Source: a virus (taxonomy: Duplodnaviria; Caudoviricetes). Taken from it: a stretch of DNA of 45,866 bases. The notes under the pieces are model-generated. The model saw only the letters and a list, made by a program, of their open reading frames with translations, searched no databases and was not told where the DNA came from. Shown here piece after piece: positions 42,301 through 45,866 of this stretch; the first letter of the stretch is position 1; each line of letters starts with the position of its first letter. The position numbers were made by a program, and so were the translations under genes. Location of the stretch: IMG/VR virus record IMGVR_UViG_3300021082_000048, positions 1 to 45,866 of that record, one strand, 5' to 3'.

Positions 42301-45300
42301 GATTGTTCCTACGTGAAGCCTGTTCAGCAATCACATCATCCAGACGCTTAACCAATGGATGCGTACGACGTTCGATCTTACCAATCATCGAGGTCTCAAC
42401 TCGAAGAGCATCAGCTACCTTGTCGAGCGTAGCATCATTCATGCTCTTGACTGGAGCCTTCTTCACCGTGTTGTTGTCCAGCTTGGCTTCGACAGGTTCC
42501 TTTGCCTTGGCCTTAACTGACATAGTATTAATGCCAGTCTTTTCTCCTACCACCTCAACCGGAACATGCTCGTATGTAACATCAACAAGCTTCTCACGCT
42601 CAGGTGTAGTAAGTGTGTGATAATTGTCTGGCAGATCGCCAGCCTTGATTGCCTGACGCTCGGCGTCTGCGTTGTTGAGGGCACGATATTCGTTACCATT
42701 GGCCTTGATCTTGACGACCGCACGAGCGATAGATGGCCCATCGGGGACCACGATTGGGCCTTCCACAGGCTGCTTGGTGCCTTTCTTCTTAGCTGCAGCT
42801 GAAGCTCTAGCTGCTGCGAAGTCCTCAACAGTAAAGGCTTTCTCTGTTGGAGGCAGAGTACGACGGTGTTCCTTGACCTGTCGAAGGGCATCACCATAGG
42901 CTGCAAGTGTGATCTGCTTAGCATCAAGCGCGTCTTCAAGCTTGTCGAGCAGTCCATTCGTCTTGTCCAAATCATTAGAGGTCATGTCGCTAATCGACTT
43001 CTCAAGGACAAAGCCCTCGACAGTCTGGTTAACGGGACCAGCAGCCTTCTTCTGTCCACGAGGCTTCGTTGGCTTACTTGCAGCAGCCACATGATCCTTC
43101 GTCATCTGAGCAATCTCTTCCTCAGATGGCTTCAACGTCTTGATCTTCTCAAGAGTCAATGCACGATCAGCCTCAACAGTGTTCTTACCATGTGCAACTG
43201 AAATACCAGTCACGTACTTCTTCCACTTCTTAACCCCCGTGATCGGTTCGTCAGGGATCAGCTCACGTAGCCGCTTTGCGAATGCTTCAGCCTTACCCTT
43301 AGGCACGGCAACCGCAAACTCATCACCACCAACACGGAACCCACGGCTACCGTCTTGTACGATACCAAGCTCGTGTTCGATCTGACGGATGGCATCTCCC
43401 ACACGGGCAAAGAATGCATTCATACCTTCATGTGTACGAACTGCATTGCCAGCATGGAGAGACTTCATGTCAGCATAGACTACCTCAACTTCAGGATCAG
43501 CGTCGATAGACTTCTGAGCCTTTGCCCATGCATTAGCGTTACCAAGACCAGTCTGGGGATCAATCTCAGCACCCCGCTGAGCTTCCATTCGCTCGTTAAC
43601 AGTACGAGCAAGATGCTCAACTGCAACTTCAAGCTCTTCCTTGGACAGCTCCAGCTCGTCGTCGCTCATCTCCTCAACTGGCTTCTTCGTCTCAGCATCA
43701 GGCTTGATTTCCCCAACAACTTTACCCTCTGCACCAGTCGACACTTCTGGTTCTTCAGATGGTGTAATGTCAGGCTCATCTGGCTGCTTAGCTATCTGCT
43801 CATCAGCAAGTTCTGCTGTTGGCTTCTTAAGCTTCTCCATTACTGCATCTGCAATCTTAGCATTTGCTTCTTCTCGCGTAAGCAGTGCAGTCCCATCCTC
43901 CTGGGGCGCCGTGGGCGCAACAGCGTCCGGGGTGGTCGAGACCTGAGCGGCGTCGGCAGGGGCAGGCGGGGGAGTAGGTGTAGCCTCTCCCGCGGTGGCG
44001 TCCGTTGGTGCGGTGTCCAGACCGTAGCTGGTATGACCCTCAGCCAGATGCCCAATCTCACCCTCACCCATTATAAAGGTGCCATCAATCCCTTCAAACT
44101 TAACCTCGTAGAATCCCTCACCAGCGTGATTCTTCTTGAACTTCACGACAGTTCCACGAGTGTCCTTTGAGGGTGTAGCAGTTTCGATGACACCAGCTGT
44201 GCCTTCCTTTGTGGTAGTATGAGCACCACGTTGTAGGGCTCTATCAGGTGCACGGATGATCGTGCCAACGACAGGCTTCCCACTGAGTGGATGACCTTCT
44301 GGTACATCCTTCCATGTATTCTCAGCGGCAACAGCTGTAGTCGTGGCTTCGGGTGTAACTGTACCAACCTCTGGCTGATTCACGTTTGAATCAGGTACAG
44401 GCGCAGCTTCTGGTGGAGCAGCCTTCTTAGTCTCGATGGCAGCCTTAACCTTGGCGATCGCTTCACGGGTAGTTTGAGCAGTAGCCTCATCCTTCGCTTC
44501 AAGCACCGACCGTTCCAGTTGCTTAAGCACACGCTGAAGCTGATCCTTGCTCGCCTTCTGCATCCACTCAGGCTGATTAAGGACTCGATTCTCGTTGATT
44601 ACATTCTGCTGACCAACCTTAGTCAGGTCCTTGGTCCACGACTTACCGGGATTCGCAGCTTCCCACTTAGAGCGAATACCCTTCCTGGTCTCCTGCTCAG
44701 CCTTACGCTGGGCAATCATCGCAGACTCTTGTTCCTTCAGCTTGGCTGCTTGTGCTGCCCTTGCGGGATCAACTGAACCACCTTCACCAGCTGGCTTGGT
44801 GGGGTCAACGTCTGGTAGCTTCTTACCACCAAACCCAAACTTCGGGAACTTGACAGTGGACAATGCGGCCGCGAACGTGCTTGGTCCAACCACAGCAGCC
44901 AGTGCCTGCATCCGTTGAGTGTCGCTTTCGTACCTTGGATTCATGAACACGTCTGCGACCTGCACTACATCAACAGCCCCGGAGCCTACGAGGTTAGCGA
45001 TGATCTTCTGTGTTCTAGTCGCATTCGGGCCAAACCCTACACTGATCGCTTCGAGTGCCGCAGCCGCCCGTGGACTTGTGCGTGCTGCAAGTTGCAACGC
45101 CTTGAACCCTTGGTTGTTAGCAATCGCCCAAGGATTCGCTTCACCCATTACACCAGTTGCCAGTGTACCAGCGACGTTGCCTACCGTGCCTTCGATGCCC
45201 TGTGGATCAAGCCCAAGCTTCACTGTAGCCTGTGCCTCTTCGATTCTGCCACGCATCTTCTCAGCTACGTCGATACCCAGATTGGATGGTAGCGACAATG

Positions 45301-45784
45301 CAAGGTCTGACAACCCGAGTAGGTTGTTGTTGACAAGACCTACCGCTGCACCACGTGCAAGATTGTCACCAACCTTACGTTGGACAGTCTTCTGGTTCGT
45401 CCAGAATGGGTCCTCGATCTTACTGCGAAGCATTGTCAGACGTTTACGCTGTGCCTCACCAAGATTCGGACGCTTGAGAAGTTCGTCGATCTTCGCGACG
45501 TTCTCGGCCTGCCCTTCATGTTCAGCTTCCAGAATGTCAAGTGAGCGTGGCTGCTCGTTGTTATCGAGAGCCATCTGCACACGAGCCTTCGCAGTGACTG
45601 GCGTCAAGCGATCCTTACCACCAGCTTCTACGTTCCTGCTAACTCGTGGTGCAGGTGCTTCGTCCTCGAACTGTGGCTGTCCAGAAGATGCCGTGCTATC
45701 AGCATCCTCCCACTCAATCCCCTCTACGGCCTGAGTGGAGTCAGTGCTTTCCCACTCAAGGTCCGAAAACTTAGGTCCGGTCAC
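39326..45784 (-). CDS. Giant internal virion/ejection-type polyvalent protein with GGDEF and C-terminal LPD38-like domain
   Basis: 2152 aa; DPQTGLGN...RVGGDEF at codons 819-823; IKIPKPLFEGELFG LPD38-like motif; Gly-rich hydrophobic segments. Confidence 0.8.
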   Translation of the reverse strand: MTGPKFSDLEWESTDSTQAVEGIEWEDADSTASSGQPQFEDEAPAPRVSRNVEAGGKDRLTPVTAKARVQMALDNNEQPRSLDILEAEHEGQAENVAKIDELLKRPNLGEAQRKRLTMLRSKIEDPFWTNQKTVQRKVGDNLARGAAVGLVNNNLLGLSDLALSLPSNLGIDVAEKMRGRIEEAQATVKLGLDPQGIEGTVGNVAGTLATGVMGEANPWAIANNQGFKALQLAARTSPRAAAALEAISVGFGPNATRTQKIIANLVGSGAVDVVQVADVFMNPRYESDTQRMQALAAVVGPSTFAAALSTVKFPKFGFGGKKLPDVDPTKPAGEGGSVDPARAAQAAKLKEQESAMIAQRKAEQETRKGIRSKWEAANPGKSWTKDLTKVGQQNVINENRVLNQPEWMQKASKDQLQRVLKQLERSVLEAKDEATAQTTREAIAKVKAAIETKKAAPPEAAPVPDSNVNQPEVGTVTPEATTTAVAAENTWKDVPEGHPLSGKPVVGTIIRAPDRALQRGAHTTTKEGTAGVIETATPSKDTRGTVVKFKKNHAGEGFYEVKFEGIDGTFIMGEGEIGHLAEGHTSYGLDTAPTDATAGEATPTPPPAPADAAQVSTTPDAVAPTAPQEDGTALLTREEANAKIADAVMEKLKKPTAELADEQIAKQPDEPDITPSEEPEVSTGAEGKVVGEIKPDAETKKPVEEMSDDELELSKEELEVAVEHLARTVNERMEAQRGAEIDPQTGLGNANAWAKAQKSIDADPEVEVVYADMKSLHAGNAVRTHEGMNAFFARVGDAIRQIEHELGIVQDGSRGFRVGGDEFAVAVPKGKAEAFAKRLRELIPDEPITGVKKWKKYVTGISVAHGKNTVEADRALTLEKIKTLKPSEEEIAQMTKDHVAAASKPTKPRGQKKAAGPVNQTVEGFVLEKSISDMTSNDLDKTNGLLDKLEDALDAKQITLAAYGDALRQVKEHRRTLPPTEKAFTVEDFAAARASAAAKKKGTKQPVEGPIVVPDGPSIARAVVKIKANGNEYRALNNADAERQAIKAGDLPDNYHTLTTPEREKLVDVTYEHVPVEVVGEKTGINTMSVKAKAKEPVEAKLDNNTVKKAPVKSMNDATLDKVADALRVETSMIGKIERRTHPLVKRLDDVIAEQASRRNNPGGAGGMIVQTNPAVTGFVAGFAGGFLLPADSDQQRLEHALYIGVAGALGASHVNKRFQQAKTDGTPAYQRKLREKVRSIEDQNFTERIGLSHYLHNAWMGIARRSLPAERLTAAIGRAKVSFQSNLGKQAELFGLYRGRTDAWVKGDGPAYFDELGNPRPFLDDEGQPIPSLQHIAALNDGDTRTIGDLAAAARELEVRATRGKTLGIDYDAAREMFTRATPKMHKAREALTKYFRALADLQVRDGLISAEVRQKFNSDEMYVAIRRLFNDKPGQSAGQLDVKKNIKGAAVPQTSHKMVGSTRDIQNPFEAAIDMTGRIQRAAELNKMAKVFVQYIDLLPKEARQFVGQRLSKAPDIAGLDDQAKALKADLAASGTEISASEAKNMLMGLTDESLNVTNGILRYYENGEPVAVRLAEPFERMFRSFRPQEMQYVMAGLAPIEALTNVAKIGITANPVFVAYQSIRDVWQYYMNGAYGGTPGISLLRSAGGSIAGAFHIITKSPEYRKFITAGGVGDSIASQGLQVTRDGLSLLRQVQTAPARTKIGEVINDAKTLTWTGVKDAYANAIISISDAARVGAYLSERGRGSSVLDAVYSTKKYGANFSNRGDWAVAQALNKMTLFLNPSIQGMSATFDAAKEAPAKWFARGVAGVMIPSMLLYFAYEDDEQIKELRGTPSGRKFWWMRGPDHGLIKIPKPLFEGELFGTAIEAVLDNKRNNDPIAYDTWKEAMLNDVQLNLTPLVASVPLSLWANKDLNFGGQITPDRNLDPQFLRNQNTTGISQEVSSLMGKWTDDVDSQGLQRALSPAGLDYIARNLGGTLTYAALQGISNMLKYSRTQEMPMHEEIPFVGSAFPQWPAVQTQSIHEFYIMANKSDRVEQGVKELVDQQLGVEAGKYAVDHIEDLGVAELYRKSRADLTDMRKAIQDIRQLDPKMMPQGQTKESLIREIQEAMIELAKQTNLAARSAKTAIAQQQTANDSMSPPTDSIMNR
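39330..39347. promoter_or_regulatory. Palindromic site, copy 10 (CGATTCA-TGAT-TGAATCA)
   Basis: Lies where the two convergent arms overlap. Confidence 0.85.
44376..44393. promoter_or_regulatory. Palindromic site, copy 11 (TGATTCA-CGTT-TGAATCA)
   Basis: Inside a low-complexity linker of the giant protein (encodes DSNVNQ). Confidence 0.8.
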
Positions 45785-45866
45785 TTTGGCCGTTCTCCGA
45801 ATACTCGAGTGACATATGCACGGTTCGACTCACCAGCCTTCTTGGGACGACCCTTGATCTGCTTGC
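45781..45866 (-). CDS. 3' end of an upstream gene (partial), probable internal virion protein
   Basis: Own translation KQIKGRPKKAGESNRAYVTRVFGERPK*, GTGA overlap with the giant gene start. Confidence 0.55.
   Translation of the reverse strand, partial: KQIKGRPKKAGESNRAYVTRVFGERPK

Noticed and set aside
173-44393. Palindromes as CRISPR repeats or REP/IS ends
   Set aside because: Copies are kilobases apart with no spacers, transposase or target duplications
180-45734. Many antisense and alternate-frame ORFs in the track (e.g. 4253-4837 +, 30545-31312 -, 43355-44170 +, 44919-45734 +)
   Set aside because: Shadows of well-supported genes, without RBS or motifs
45781-45866. Lytic transglycosylase call from ESNRAYVTRV
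   Set aside because: Resembles ETxxYV but only 27 residues are visible

Overview
This window is most of a tailed dsDNA phage genome (Caudoviricetes, podovirus-like gene content), cut inside genes at both ends. It has two arms. (1) A minus-strand late arm (18863 to 1, apparently continuing 45866 to 39326): terminase small and large subunits, a ~7.5 kb accessory block, portal, scaffold, major capsid, decoration and adaptor proteins, and a 2152-aa ejection-type polyvalent protein with a GGDEF domain. (2) A plus-strand early/replication arm (19232-39339): ~35 small ORFs behind a family of sigma70-type promoters, then a Cas4/RecB-like nuclease, Sak4-like ATPase, SSB, ParB-methyltransferase fusion, UDG-fused family A DNA polymerase and a P-loop helicase. 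I recognised no integrase, endolysin, primase, canonical tRNA or CRISPR array. The strongest unexplained signals are: an 18-bp palindrome YGATTCA-N4-TGAATCR at 11 or more sites genome-wide, whose half-site resembles parS and contains GANTC, alongside the ParB-HTH-MTase; a virion-type protein with an intact GGDEF motif but an altered guanine-specificity residue; a tRNA-like element followed by pseudoknotted RNA; and an iteron-like array beside an AT-rich tract. All product calls come from motif recognition by eye, with no database searches, and adjusted start codons are my own picks.
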